Origin: Rhynchobatus australiae
Taxonomy: Eukaryota
Assembly (NCBI GenBank): GCA_034780895.1
Contig: JAUZTB010000066.1
Location: 19,938,051-20,002,050, forward strand
Length of the DNA: 64,000 bases
Direction: 5' to 3'
The notes below the pieces were generated by a model. It worked only from the letters and a program-made list of their open reading frames with translations. It searched no databases and was not told the origin of the DNA. Shown here one piece after another: positions 1-13,100 of the stretch; the stretch's first letter is position 1; every line of letters starts with the position of its first letter. Position numbers and translations under genes: made by a program.

Positions 1-615
1 TCCAGTTGCAGAGGGAGGTACAGAGGCCCAGGTTTTGAAGCTTGTTGATTAGTACTGAGGGGATAATGGTGTTGAACATCAAGCTGTAATTGATAAACAG
101 CAGCCTGATGTGTGTTTTGCTATTGTCTTGGAGATCCAAAGCTGAGTGGAGAGACAGTGAGATTGCATCCGCTGTCCCAGCTGTTCCCACCTGTTGTGGC
201 GGTAGCAAATTGTAGCAGGTCCAGGTCCTTGCACAGCCAGGAGTTAATTCTAGGCATGACCAACCTCTCAAAGCACTTCATCACAGTAGATGTGAGTGTT
301 ACTGGGCAATATTGAAGCAGCTCACCCTGCTCTTCTTGGGCACTGGTATGAGTGATACCCTTTTGAAGCAGGTGAGAACCTCTGCAGCAGTGAGAGGTTG
401 AAGATGTCCTTGAACACTCTGGCCAGTTGTCCCGCACAGATTTTCAGTACCCTGCCAGGTATACTGTTGGGGCCTGACACCTTGCAAGGGTTCGCTTTCT
501 TGAAGGATGTTCTGGTGTCAGCCTCTGAGACAGAGATCACAGGGTCACTTCATTATGCTGTGGGGATTTGCACAGGTGTAGTGTTATTCTCCCTTTTGAA
601 GAGTGATTAAAGGTG
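1..615 (-). mobile_element. Rex1/Babar-clade LINE, reverse-transcriptase fragment (frameshifted, continues off the window)
   Basis: Minus-strand peptides ISVSEADTRTSFKKANPCKVSGPNSIPGRVLKICAGQLARVFKDIFNLSL, YCPVTLTSTVMKCFERLV...DLDLLQFA and HIRLLFINYSLMFNTIIP..LINKLQNLGLCTSLCNW match the typical Rex1/Babar RT N-terminal blocks. They are spread over several frames. Confidence 0.9.
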
Positions 616-724
616 TCGAGCTCATCAGGGAGGGAAGATAACATGGGGCAAGACCAGGTAAATGACAGATTCAGTTTATCACTGAAAAAATTAGTAAGTC
701 ATGTATTTCAGAAAGATGATTACA

Positions 725-1240
725 AGTATACCTTGAAAGCTAGATTTCCCAATGCATCAGTAGGGTAGAGGTTTAAATGGCAATACAAATTCATCTCCAT
801 AAGATTTATCTAGCAAAAATGCAATTAAGATGCAACGTGGGGATTAATTTCAAGAGAATGAATACAAAAATATGATTTGGTGACAGTTCAAAACCAATTT
901 AGCGTGCTCACTTTTTGTGCTAAGATTTCTGATTCTTATATATGCTGAATAATATACAACCGAATCATGTGGCAAGTGGCAGAAAAGGTTTGATAAAAAT
1001 GACCTGGATTTTCCAATCAATTATGACAAAAGGGTGATCTCGAAGAAATTTGTCCTCACAATCATGAGCGCTGCAGAGTGGATTTTCCCTCTTACAGTGT
1101 GGGTCTCTGTCACCTGCCTACTTTCAGGGTTCTGTGCTGTCCAGCAACAGTCATGGTATCTGTGTACCTGAACAGCTGGATTTCCCAATGCATCCATAGG
1201 ATAGAGGTTTAACTGGCAATACAAATTCATCTCCATGAGA
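725..1240 (+). repeat. Local ~60-80 bp imperfect direct repeat (about 725-804 and 1162-1240)
   Basis: GATTTCCCAATGCATCagTAGGgTAGAGGTTTAAaTGGCAATACAAATTCATCTCCATaAGA at 743-804 versus GATTTCCCAATGCATCcaTAGGaTAGAGGTTTAAcTGGCAATACAAATTCATCTCCATgAGA at 1179-1240. Confidence 0.9.
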
Positions 1241-2919
1241 GGAAAAATTCTAGTATAGTCATTCAGGATGTAAGAAAGCTCTAGTTGTGCTTAGTTTTAC
1301 AGTGAGTGAAGTAAAGATTGGGATAGATTGAATGAGAAGTTGAAATGTCATAAATGTTAAATATAGGACATTTTGAAATAATTATTCCCAAGGAATTTGA
1401 TGTCACCTGTATAAAATTAGGTTTTTTTTGTAGCCAGGGAGTTTGGTCAACAAAATTTATAGCAATTAAAGGCTCCGTCACACCTAAATAAATAAAATTT
1501 AAACTTTTCAGTTTTTGTTTTATGTGAATATTGTACATAAAAAGTTAAAGTTCAGATAATTTAATTGATTCTGCATTGATTGCTTGACAGAGCCTGCAAC
1601 AGTGCACCCTGGTGGTGGAGCAAGATATCACTAGTAGCTGATTCTTGTTTTCCTTGTCAGCTGTGCGTGTGTGCACAGTGCAAGAAGTAGCTGTCAATTC
1701 GGCAGGATGATGACAATGAGCTATGGCAGTTATGCCACATCACAACCCCAAATTCTGAGCCATTGACTTGGAAGCAATGGTTTGAAGGTTTGATGGTTGA
1801 AATTATGATGTGGTTGATATAACATGTTCAATTACATACTGGATATCACTTAGATTTATTTTATGCAGTTTGATTCCAATAAATGCAGGAAAATTCTAAC
1901 TAACTTTTATTAACACATTATCAGTAGTTTACTTTGCCTTTATTGGATTCACAAACAGGTTGTTGTCAGATATTGAAGTGTCGTCACTGTTGTTATCTAG
2001 AGGAATATATCAGCTAATTTATTCATTGCAAGTTCCAGTCACACCGTATGGAAAATAGAGATGAGTGACAGATTGGTTTTGCATCAAACTCTCTTTCCAA
2101 GGCAGAGCTCTCTTTCACAACCACGCAACAAGGGTTTAGCTATCATTTGCAGAGTGAAGAAGTTCGACAGCAGAATTTTGATTTTCTTGGAACACAATCC
2201 TCTGTGGGGTATTTTTTGTAAATCAAAGAGTAAACATATGCTGTCTTNNNNNNNNNNNNNNNNNNNNNNNNNNNNNNNNNNNNNNNNNNNNNNNNNNNNN
2301 NNNNNNNNNNNNNNNNNNNNNNNNNNNNNNNNNNNNNNNNNNNNNNNNNNNNNNNNNNNNNNNNNNNNNNNNNNNNNNNNNNNNNNNNNNNNNNNNNNNN
2401 NNNNNNNNNNNNNNNNNNNNNNNNNNNNNNNNNNNNNNNNNNNNNNNNNNNNNNNNNNNNNNNNNNNNNNNNNNNNNNNNNNNNNNNNNNNNNNNNNNNN
2501 NNNNNNNNNNNNNNNNNNNNNNNNNNNNNNNNNNNNNNNNNNNNNNNNNNNNNNNNNNNNNNNNNNNNNNNNNNNNNNNNNNNNNNNNNNNNNNNNNNNN
2601 NNNNNNNNNNNNNNNNNNNNNNNNNNNNNNNNNNNNNNNNNNNNNNNNNNNNNNNNNNNNNNNNNNNNNNNNNNNNNNNNNNNNNNNNNNNNNNNNNNNN
2701 NNNNNNNNNNNNNNNNNNNNNNNNNNNNNNNNNNNNNNNNNNNNNNNNNNNNNNNNNNNNNNNNNNNNNNNNNNNNNNNNNNNNNNNNNNNNNNNNNNNN
2801 NNNNNNNNNNNNNNNNNNNNNNNNNNNNNNNNNNNNNNNNNNNNNNNNNNNNNNNNNNNNNNNNNNNNNNNNNNNNNNNNNNNNNNNNNNNNNNNNNNNN
2901 NNNNNNNNNNNNNNNNNNN

Positions 2920-3218
2920 AGAGGTGGAACTGCTGCCTCATAGATCCAGCAAACTGGGTTCAATCCTGACCGGTGCTGTCTGTGTGGAGTTTGCATATTC
3001 TCTCCGTAACCACGTAGGTTTCTTCCCACATCACAAAGGTGTGCAAGTTGGTTGGTTAATTGGCTGCTATAAATGGCTCCTGGTGTAAGAGAGTGGTACA
3101 GTCTGGGGAGTATCAATGGGAATCTGGGGAGAATAAAATGAGATTAATGTAAATGGATGGTTGGGTTTTGCAGACCTGATGGGCTGAAGAGTCAGCTTCC
3201 ATGCTGTTTGACCCTATG
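2920..3218 (+). mobile_element. HE1-like V-SINE (tRNA-derived head, CR1-type tail)
   Basis: CTGCTGCCTCA..GGGTTCAATCC (B-box), then GTGCTGTCTGTGTGGAGTTTGCATATTCTCTCCGT (V-domain) and tail GATGGGCTGAAG..TTCCATGCTGT..CTATG. Confidence 0.85.
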
Positions 3219-4564
3219 CAGGTGAACGCTTGCGTTAATGGGAGTTGACTCAGTCTCCCTTATCACTACTTACAGTAAAGCTTGAAATGTATCACCAAAA
3301 CTTTCGTAGCTAGACGCTAATTAATGTCCTTTCTTGTACTTCCTGAAGATGGACTGAAGCTAGATTTTTGTGACAGAAATGCTTTGCTGCATAGTGAAAT
3401 AGTTGCATGGAGCAGTACTTATAAGATTCACTGAGTTCATGATGCAACCTAAGAATGCATGGTGCATTCTTATTATATTTGGCCAATAGCTTTCTTCAGT
3501 AGGTACAGCTTTTGTTCTAATAAACATGTACCCTTTCACCGTCAGTGGTTTCCAGTTTTGGACTGCTATGTCTTGACAAACTGATATTGCACTTTGTACA
3601 TTTCTTTTAAAGTAATAGAGTTTAAAGGTTATCCTCCAAAGGATTAATAGGAACATTATTTTCCATCTAAATTTTAATTTTAAATGCCCGTATGGGTTTA
3701 TCATGTGCAAATTGTCAAGCAATCAACTTGATCAATCTTTTTTGTTGACAAAAGTATCAAAATATTGAAATAAATAGTTTAGAGCACATTATTGTGTCAC
3801 TTGCATTTGGTGTTATGATGGAATGCCACATTTTGTTTCCATGCTTTCCATCTCCTGAAGTAAAAAGGCAAGTTCCAAACAATTTTTTTGCGTGAAGACA
3901 GTTGATTTGGAAGACTGTCTTACTGTCTCGATCTTGCCAATGTACAGATATGCAAACACCAGAATCAGATGAATGAGTACGTGGAACTGAGCCAGGGTTC
4001 TTCTGTTTACTTCCTTTTAGTATGCTTTTTGTAAAAGTTCTATTGGCCCTAATAGAACTTCCNNNCTTATGGCCTTTATACAGACATCTGGGAATGTCAG
4101 GAAAAGACTTGCTGGGCATCAAGCCACCTTAACCTTACCATTCATATTGCAGAGGGTTTTATGGATATATTTTTACAATAGAGGATAGTCACATATTTTT
4201 AACAATACAAGGAAGGTCAAAGTTCAACAGATGTCATTCATCCTGTTTGAAGTTAGTATTACTGCTGGCATAGGTTCTCCCTTTGTTACTTCCAATTTAC
4301 AATTTTTAACAAGTCTTTTTTTGCCTGTATAGTTCTATTGAGTTTATAAATGCTATTTAATAATTGTCCTCAGTTAATGGCTGATTTGCACATTTTATAG
4401 ATTCCTGGAGGTTTGAGTAAAAATACTTAATTAAAAATGTTTAATATAACCAATTTCATGAAAATCCCTGTGTATGTTCCTTTGGATCTTGCAATTACAT
4501 CATTTTCTTTAACAATAGCACTTAGGAGCAGAGCTGATTTTTCAATCTTAATCATGTTTTACAG

Positions 4565-4736
4565 ATTTGGAAGAGATCTGGTGCTTGGTTTTATAAGGGA
4601 CTGCCAAAATATATCCTACCGTCAAAAAGCTCTGCTAAAAACAGTGAGCTACATTTACGGCCTCTTCAGTTGGAGACCTTGCAGCATGGAGGAAGTGTTA
4701 TCGTCAACCGCTCCTACAGCTGGGCGAGAGGAAGAG
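4565..4736 (+). CDS. RPH3AL: RPH3AL (Noc2, rabphilin-3A-like) internal coding exon, end of Rab-binding domain
   Basis: ttttacAG|...|GTtggt, 172 bp, phase 0 to 1. Translates IWKRSGAWFYKGLPKYILPSKSSAKNSELHLRPLQLETLQHGGSVIVNRSYSWARGR, matching mammalian RPH3AL VWKRSGAWFYKGLPKYILP...TWARGR. Confidence 0.96.
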
Positions 4737-5084
4737 GTTGGTTTTTTTCGGCCCTTTAACCTTACTGCAGGCAGGTTGGTGTCAATTGAAAGATATCCTG
4801 TAGTCTCCCACTCCAATACCCAACAATGTTAACTTCCTGTATCAGCTTCACATCCAGGCATTGATTTTTCCTAATCCATCGCTCTTTAACATCCACCACT
4901 GTTATCTACCCATCATTAAGGAATCTCAGCTAATTAAGCCCATACTCTACCCTCTAGAAAACTCAATGTGATTATTATCTACGTCCCTGGTTTCAATGTG
5001 CCTCATCGTTTTTCATGTGTCGTTCCAACTTTTATGTGATATTCTTTACTCTGTTAACTGGGCCTCAGTAGACTCTCCAAGTCA

Positions 5085-5520
5085 AACTAGGACTATCTTG
5101 GACAAGTTTGTGTTGTTTTCTTTGTAGCTTCAGAGGCCGAGGGGAGACCTGGCAGAAATTTGTAAGATTATTAGAGGCATAGATAGGGTAGACAGTCAGA
5201 ATCTTTACTCCAGGGTAGAAGTGCCAAATATTAGAGTACATGTATCTGAGATGAGAGGGGGGAAAGTTTAAAGGAAATGCAAAGGGCAAGTATTTTACAC
5301 AGAGAGTGGTAGGTGCCCGGAACGGACTGCCGGGGGGAGTGGTGGAAGCAGATGTGATAGGTGGCATTTAAGAGGCTGTTAGATAAATACATGAATATGC
5401 AGGGAATGGAGGGAGATGCATCATGTACAGGCAGTACAGAATTAGTTTAATTCAGCATTGTGTTTGGAGCAGACATTAAGGGCTGAAGGGCTTTTTCCAG
5501 TGCTGCATTATTCTGTGTTG
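5085..5520 (+). mobile_element. CR1-clade LINE 3' end (HER1-like), 5'-truncated
   Basis: Encodes RGDLAEICKIIRGIDRVDSQNL...GGKFKG...YFTQRVVGARNGLPGGVVEAD, followed by tail GGGCTGAAGGGC..GTGCTG..TTCTGTG. Confidence 0.9.
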
Positions 5521-8219
5521 CACCTAGGAATCCTAAGTGTATTTACAAAAATGGCTGGTTGTTGCCTACTATGAAATCTACAACTACAGTCATCTTATTA
5601 TTCTCATCATCTACTTGTCTCTGATTCCTCTGTGTAAAGCCCTGCCCCATGATGCAGAAATCTTACTCAGTCCAGCCCTTGTTAAAGCAACCAATAATTT
5701 TGTCCCCAAATGGGAAGTAAGCAACTACTTTTCTTTACATTCTACCCCTGCTAATGCAGGGAGATCAATGGCTGGTAGCTCATCACTCTCTGAAATTAAG
5801 TTGACCCCACAAAAATACATAACTTTCATCAACAATTATGTGGGTGCTTTTGGTAAACTCGAAGACACATGCAGAATTGGGGACCTTATTGTAATTTCTA
5901 TACCTTTTTGTAAATGTAAATTCAGATATTATGATCAAGATTTAACATAAGAACATTACTGTCATTGCTTTGCTGGGTGACAAGTGTAACTGGATAGATT
6001 ACTTGTGGAGAACTACTGGTCCCATNNNNNNNNNNNNNTGGCATTGTGATACAAATAACTGCAATGCTGGCCTTTCTGTCACTGGTCATAGTTACTGATG
6101 CATTTCTTCCTCAGTTACTTTAGGAGGTGAAAACAACAATGAAATTCTATTTTTGTATCTAACAATAAGGTGTTGCATAGGAATAGCATGTTTATGGAGT
6201 GTGGAATGTGTATTTAGAAAATACTTGTTTGCACACCACATTTCTATGAAACTCATGAATATCATTGATATTAGGTTCAGAAAAATTTGGCCTTTTTGAA
6301 GTTGTTGAGGCACAGGAGAACATGAAAAATAGCCACTCAGGTGAGAGGTGAAACCATTTTTTGAATGAGGATTTGGGCACTTGTCCTAATATCTCCTTGT
6401 GTGGCAAATTATTTATTTTGAGAATATTCCTGTGAAGCTCTTTAGGATCTCATAATATACTGAAGTTGCTGTATAAATGTAAATTGTAGTTGTAGATGGA
6501 GAGGAGTACATACATCTTTGGTGCACTGAAACAGCTGATTATGTATGTACTGCCTCATTGTAATGTCATAAAATAATAGTTTTCATTTCATACTATGTAC
6601 CTGTGACTATTCTCAGTCAAGTAGTAATATGAAAGATGACTTCTGTATGCATCGGATGCTTAAATTAAAGGCAGATTGAAAGCTGAGTTTCTGTTTCTGG
6701 TGAATGCCATGAACTGGTTCTAAATCTGCTGAGGTGGTTGTTTGTTTAATAGGCCCCTCAGATTTCCAGGTCCAGCTCTTTCCCTTAAATTCAACTTTCC
6801 TTATAGATTCAAGAACAGATGGGGCAGTTAAGTGTAAGGAACACGTGGCAGGAGGTAAGATTTCAGTGAGAGTGACATTTAAAGAGATTGTGACTGCTAC
6901 GTGCAAGTGTGGCAATGAGCTGTGTATCTGACCTCCTGTTTTGTTACTGGATGCAGCACTGAGTCCGGGAATGGTTCCTGATTTTACTGAGATGATACGT
7001 TGGATACTTAACATTTCTGGTCCCTCAGATTTGCACCTGACAAAGCTGATGCATTAGAATGGGGTTGTTGACCCTTCATTAAATGAAACTAAGTGGTTTG
7101 TTTTGTCATTAATTTTTAATGAATAGACTTCTAATTAATTTACTAGAAGTAAAAGGGTTTCTAAATTTTATTCCTTTCTAAATCTTTAATTAAAAATATT
7201 TTTATGTATTGAAATGTATTTTGACTGTTTCTAAATGCTTCTGGTAATCAGAGAAGTTTAGAAACAGCGGAAACGGCTGACAGCAGATGCTATCACAATG
7301 TTATCATAGCAAAGCGGGGTAAGGCTTTACGATTTGCTGCTTGAGGGCTTGCTGCTTGTGTAATAGCCACATAGCAGTGCTGCTCACAACACTCTGGGTA
7401 CTGCACAGCCACGAAAGGGTAGTCTGTATGTGAAGATCCTGTGGAATGTGAATGTGAGGTAAAAGCCAGAATNNNNNNNNNNNNNNNNNNNNNNNNNNNN
7501 NNNNNNNNNNNNNNNNNNNNNNNNNNNNNNNNNNNNNNNNNNNNNNNNNNNNNNNNNNNNNNNNNNNNNNNNNNNNNNNNNNNNNNNNNNNNNNNNNNNN
7601 NNNNNNNNNNNNNNNNNNNNNNNNNNNNNNNNNNNNNNNNNNNNNNNNNNNNNNNNNNNNNNNNNNNNNNNNNNNNNNNNNNNNNNNNNNNNNNNNNNNN
7701 NNNNNNNNNNNNNNNNNNNNNNNNNNNNNNNNNNNNNNNNNNNNNNNNNNNNNNNNNNNNNNNNNNNNNNNNNNNNNNNNNNNNNNNNNNNNNNNNNNNN
7801 NNNNNNNNNNNNNNNNNNNNNNNNNNNNNNNNNNNNNNNNNNNNNNNNNNNNNNNNNNNNNNNNNNNNNNNNNNNNNNNNNNNNNNNNNNNNNNNNNNNN
7901 NNNNNNNNNNNNNNNNNNNNNNNNNNNNNNNNNNNNNNNNNNNNNNNNNNNNNNNNNNNNNNNNNNNNNNNNNNNNNNNNNNNNNNNNNNNNNNNNNNNN
8001 NNNNNNNNNNNNNNNNNNNNNNNNNNNNNNNNNNNNNNNNNNNNNNNNNNNNNNNNNNNNNNNNNNNNNNNNNNNNNNNNNNNNNNNNNNNNNNNNNNNN
8101 NNNNNNNNNNNNNNNNNNNNNNNNNNNNNNNNNNNNNNNNNNNNNNNNNNNNNNNNNNNNNNNNNNNNNNNNNNATAAAGACTCCAGTTCTCTTCATGTA
8201 GAATCAAACTTATGCAACA

Positions 8220-8395
8220 GGTATTGTTTTCAAAATATTGAGGGTAGATAGCAAGAAACTATTTCTGCTAGCTTGGACATCTAGGACTTCGGGCACAATC
8301 TAAAAGTTAGGACTAGGCCATAAAGAAGTGACTTTAGATGCACTTCTATACACAATGGGTGATAGCACCCGTGCAGCAACCACTCTGGAATACAT
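8220..8395 (+). mobile_element. Degenerate CR1 LINE fragment
   Basis: GTTTTCAAAATATTGAGGGTAGATAGCAAGAAACTATTT..CTAGGAC..GGGCACAATCTAAAA resembles the CR1 ORF2 C-terminal region seen at 5085-5520. Confidence 0.6.
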
Positions 8396-8924
8396 CAGGC
8401 ATTTTATTTTTCCAACAGCTGTGGATAAAGGATTTCCATTGGAAAAACATATTTTTGGCAATTAATAGCTTTGCAGTGAATTTTACAAAGGTTACAAGAA
8501 CTTAAATCCCATGTGACAAAGTTCTTAATGGGATTGAAGCTGCCTCAAAACTGCTCTGCTCCTGTTACCCTAGCAACATGCAGTGGTAGGAATTCCTCTG
8601 GTCATAATATGTGGTTATATAACTATGTTGGTGAATATATCCTCAGTTTCACATTTCTAGTGAACTTTCTGCAGAACAAAAGTCTTTGCATATACTTAAA
8701 GAGTTACATGTCAGTTCTGATGAGACACTTTTCTCTGTGGTCATCGAATCCATATTCACTAATATGTGNNNNNTGATGCTGAAAACCAGATCAATTTCCA
8801 TCAGTATTATTGCTTTACAAGCCATATTACAAATTTCATATAAAAATTTGGAATCTCGTCCAACACCCACTTTATTCTTCATGTGATAATCTTGATACCA
8901 TTTCACAATAGCATTTTTAAACCA

Positions 8925-10130
8925 TATCTACTATAAACCCATGGAGTCACACAGCGATCTCTACTACATCTCCTTCCACCCAGTCTCCAGTAAGGAAGCC
9001 TTCCCTTTCTTTCCGTCTCTCCATCTCTGCTGCATCTGTTCTCAAGTTGAGGCTTTCCTCCTCCTTTGAGATGCACGGGTTCCCCTCTGCCCTAGTTGAT
9101 GGAACCCTCACATCCATCTTCTAACTTCTGCTTTTATTGCCATTATACCCAGACAGAAGAGAGGTTGGGTTACCTTGGATCTCATCTTCACGCCGCCTGC
9201 CTCCACATCCAGTATATCATCCTGCCATTTTCACTAGATCCAACAGGATTCCACCGCCAGTCATATCTTGCCCTCCCCCATTTCTGCTTTCTGTGACCCC
9301 TAGTCCCCTTCCCACTCACCCTTCCCTGTCCCCTGGCACTTTCCCCTGCAAACCATAGTTGGTGCAACACTTGTCCCTGCATCTTCTCCCTCACCACCGT
9401 TTAGGGACCTAAATGGCCTTTCCAGGTTTGGCAGAGATTCTCTTCTGCCTCCTCCAACCTGGTCTGTTGCATTTAATGCCCGTGACTTGGCGTCCTCTAC
9501 ATCAGCAGGGCCAAACATAGAGCAGCTGACCATTTTGCAGAGCACTTGTGGTCTGTCTGCAACAATTGTCTTGCATGTCATTTCAACTCCCCTTCCCATT
9601 CCCACACCGACTTGTCTTCATCCTTTTCTGCTGCCAAGGTGAGGCCAAACACAAATTAAGAAAAAAATTACCTCATATTCCGCTTGGCTATGGACATTGA
9701 AGTTTCCAATTTTAGATAACCCACAACCCTTGAGGGGTTTTCTCACTCCCACCAATACACTAAGGTTCTTTGTTCACTTTTCCCATTCCTCACCCCTTTT
9801 GTTATTTTCCCCCACCTGGTTCAATCTGCCATCACCTACATACCCATTCACCTGGGTTTCTTTTCCCTTGGTTCACCTTTCCTGTTCCCTCCTCCACCTG
9901 GATCCATCTGTCCATCATCCTCTCTCATCATCTGGCTCCACCTATCACATACCAGCCTCAGTCTCACGCCTGTCTCTCATTTCCCTCTACACTCTCAGTC
10001 CCGAGGCAGGGTCTGGAGCTGAAACATCAACCATCCCTTTGCCTTCACAGATGCTGCTTGACGTGTTGAGTTCTTCCAGTGTTTTGTTTGTTGTTCCAGA
10101 TTCCAGCATCTGCAGTCTCTCTTGTCTCTG
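8925..10130 (+). mobile_element. Penelope-like retroelement remnant (RT C-terminus, GIY-YIG endonuclease, 3' terminal repeat)
   Basis: IYYKPMESHSDLYYISFHP at about 8926 resembles YYKPTDSHSYLDY.S.HP. FQVWQRFSSASSNLVCCI*CP*LGVLYISRAKHRAADHFAEHL at about 9420 resembles the GIY-YIG block. The ORF ends near 9719, followed by a pyrimidine-rich UTR and the CAGATGCTGC..GAGTTCTTCCAG..TTCCAGCATCTGCAGT terminal repeat. Many stops. Confidence 0.85.
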
Positions 10131-13100
10131 TTAAATTTAACCTAACCTGGTCATTACGAAGCTTGACTGGTTTAGCTTCACTGCATGTTTTACATTCCCT
10201 CTTTTTATGAAATATTGGAAAATACAATAGTTTTGTGAAATCTGACTTGCACGTGCAGGATTAGGATTTGCTTTGAACTTATTTTATTAGATTTTTGGAG
10301 GTTTCTTTCTGCTTAATGAAAGGGTAAATGATTATTTATCCCCAGGATGTTTTAGAGTTTTATCTGTTGTAGTACAATTCAGCTGACATTGTGGTTTAGT
10401 TGTTTGCTGAGATGGCAGGATGCTTAATGTTTTCATGACGATACTATAAATCAGTTAGCTAAGCAGTTTTGAGATAAGGGAAGGGACAATGAAAGTACAG
10501 AATGAAAACAGTTTCATCTGTTGTTTTGAAGGAAACACTTTTCTACTGAGAATGTTCACAATAACACTTCTCATGCCATAATTAATTATCAACGACCATA
10601 GTTCATGACAAACTATAAAAATCAAAAGCTCTTAAATGTCAGAGAGCTAGAAAGGGAAAATTGGTTGGAACCAAATGAGAAAGAGAAATTCAGTGGTAAT
10701 GTTTATTATTCTGCAACAACTCATGTTTAAAGAAGTATTTATCTGGACTTGATCAATAGTAGAATACCCTGCAAACTATATTTGGTGTCAGGATTTGAAT
10801 TACATTACAGTGTTGAAGTCTGTGGAGAATAACATTAGCTAGGGCTCAGAGCCAGCATTTCACTCAATCCTCTGAATTTTCTGCCTGGCATTTTAGGTCA
10901 ACATTGATTTAATTTCTTAAAATCTTTAAGAATTTTGAAAATACCTATTATATCTCTTCCCCACTTCCCTGGTTTCAATGAAAGAANNNNNNNNNNNNNN
11001 NNNNNNNNNNNNNNNNNNNNNNNNNNNNNNNNNNNNNNNNNNNNNNNNNNNNNNNNNNNNNNNNNNNNNNNNNNNNNNNNNNNNNNNNNNNNNNNNNNNN
11101 NNNNNNNNNNNNNNNNNNNNNNNNNNNNNNNNNNNNNNNNNNNNNNNNNNNNNNNNNNNNNNNNNNNNNNNNNNNNNNNNNNNNNNNNNNNNNNNNNNNN
11201 NNNNNNNNNNNNNNNNNNNNNNNNNNNNNNNNNNNNNNNNNNNNNNNNNNNNNNNNNNNNNNNNNNNNNNNNNNNNNNNNNNNNNNNNNNNNNNNNNNNN
11301 NNNNNNNNNNNNNNNNNNNNNNNNNNNNNNNNNNNNNNNNNNNNNNNNNNNNNNNNNNNNNNNNNNNNNNNNNNNNNNNNNNNNNNNNNNNNNNNNNNNN
11401 NNNNNNNNNNNNNNNNNNNNNNNNNNNNNNNNNNNNNNNNNNNNNNNNNNNNNNNNNNNNNNNNNNNNNNNNNNNNNNNNNNNNNNNNNNNNNNNNNNNN
11501 NNNNNNNNNNNNNNNNNNNNNNNNNNNNNNNNNNNNNNNNNNNNNNNNNNNNNNNNNNNNNNNNNNNNNNNNNNNNNNNNNNNNNNNNNNNNNNNNNNNN
11601 NNNNNNNNNNNNNNNNNNNNNNNNNNNNNNNNNNNNNNNNNNNNNNNNNNNNNNNNNNNNNNNNNNNNNNNNNNCTCTTTTCAGCATGTGGAACTATATG
11701 TTATCAAATTACCTGGGTAAAGAAGAGCACAGACTGGTCCCACCAATACTGGTGAAGTAAATGATCAGGACATCTGATTTTATAAGTGATCAGGTCATCT
11801 GCTCTATCAGATTTATATAGCTAACTTATGCCCTTGTCTTTGAATTTTATTTGTTAAAATTATGTGCTTGTACAGATTTCTGTATGTTGAGTATTGTCTA
11901 TAATGATCTCTTGACTTGCCTATAATGTATTTTGGATATAAAATCTGTGACATGTATTTAGGTGCTTGAAAAGACATATGCAATGTGTTTGGTGCTTGTT
12001 TATGCATTTCTTTCAGTTGCAATGCCTTTATTTATGTTTTATCTCATATTGGTTATCTAAGAATAATGGTCTAGATTCTCCAATCTATGCCAAAGCTTTT
12101 TGCTGACCTCGATGGAAGATGCTCACAAATATAAAGCAGGCACAGAAGCATGAGTTTTCCTTTTTCTGATCTAACTCTCTTTCTGCAACTTCTATAGTGA
12201 CCTGTAGCATCTAGTTATAGTGATGTGGCTGAGGTTAATGAATTGAGGAATTCTGGCAGTAAATCAGGAAGATTAAAAAATGTTACAGATTTTTAATAAC
12301 TTCTTGAAATAATCTTACAAAGAATGAAATAGTTTGTTTCCCAGCAAAAAGCTCTCCATGCAATTTTCTAAAGTACAAAAGTTCTTAATTTTTTGAAATC
12401 ACACAATTGTAATTTCATTCTGTGGGAATCAATTTTTCTGGGCCAGAGTGATTTTCAGCACGGTTTATGATTAGAATGCCATTGAAATCTGAATTGTATC
12501 TGATTCAAGGAGGCAAACCATGTTTTATCTTTTAACAATAGAAATAGTGTCTTAGGGTTAGGGTTGAAAATAAAATGTTGAAATTCACATCAAGCAATTG
12601 ATTCTGTTAATTGCATCTTCATGCCCTGTGGAGGTGTGAGATTTCACTGAAAACAAGTTCGGGTTTTTCACTTTTAACTGTAAATATGCATTTNNNNNNN
12701 NNNNNNNNNNNNNNNNNNNNNNNNNNNNNNNNNNNNNNNNNNNNNNNNNNNNNNNNNNNNNNNNNNNNNNNNNNNNNNNNNNNNNNNNNNNNNNNNNNNN
12801 NNNNNNTACCCAATGTTGTTCAATGTGATTTGACTTCTGGGATAGTGTTTGATTTTTCTAACCCTTTTGGATGGGTATAGTTTGATGGGTATTTCACTGA
12901 GCCATAGGATTATTCATCTTAGTTCCCCCTGTGAAGATGGATGTGTTTGGAATAATAGCTGATATCTTTTCTCTGGGGGATTTTTGTTTCATTGGGTAAA
13001 TTATGATATTTGTGAATGGAGAGAGCTTCTTAAATTGTGTCCAATATGTGCAGTGCTGTTGTGGTGCAGCCAGGAAAGCACAAAAGTGGCAGACAATAAC

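Noticed and set aside
1598-1618. CTCF-like motif (minus strand CCACCAGGGTGCAC)
   Set aside because: It has a mismatch at a core G, and a single motif in 64 kb is not distinguishable from chance without ChIP or conservation data.
1661-1690. tccttgtcAG followed by LCVCAQCKK, reminiscent of the RPH3AL zinc finger
   Set aside because: Immediate TAG, no GT donor and no further match. The zinc-finger exons are probably upstream of the window.
4437-4832. 131-aa + strand ORF
   Set aside because: It overlaps the RPH3AL exon in the wrong frame; the real frame is IWKRSGAWFY.
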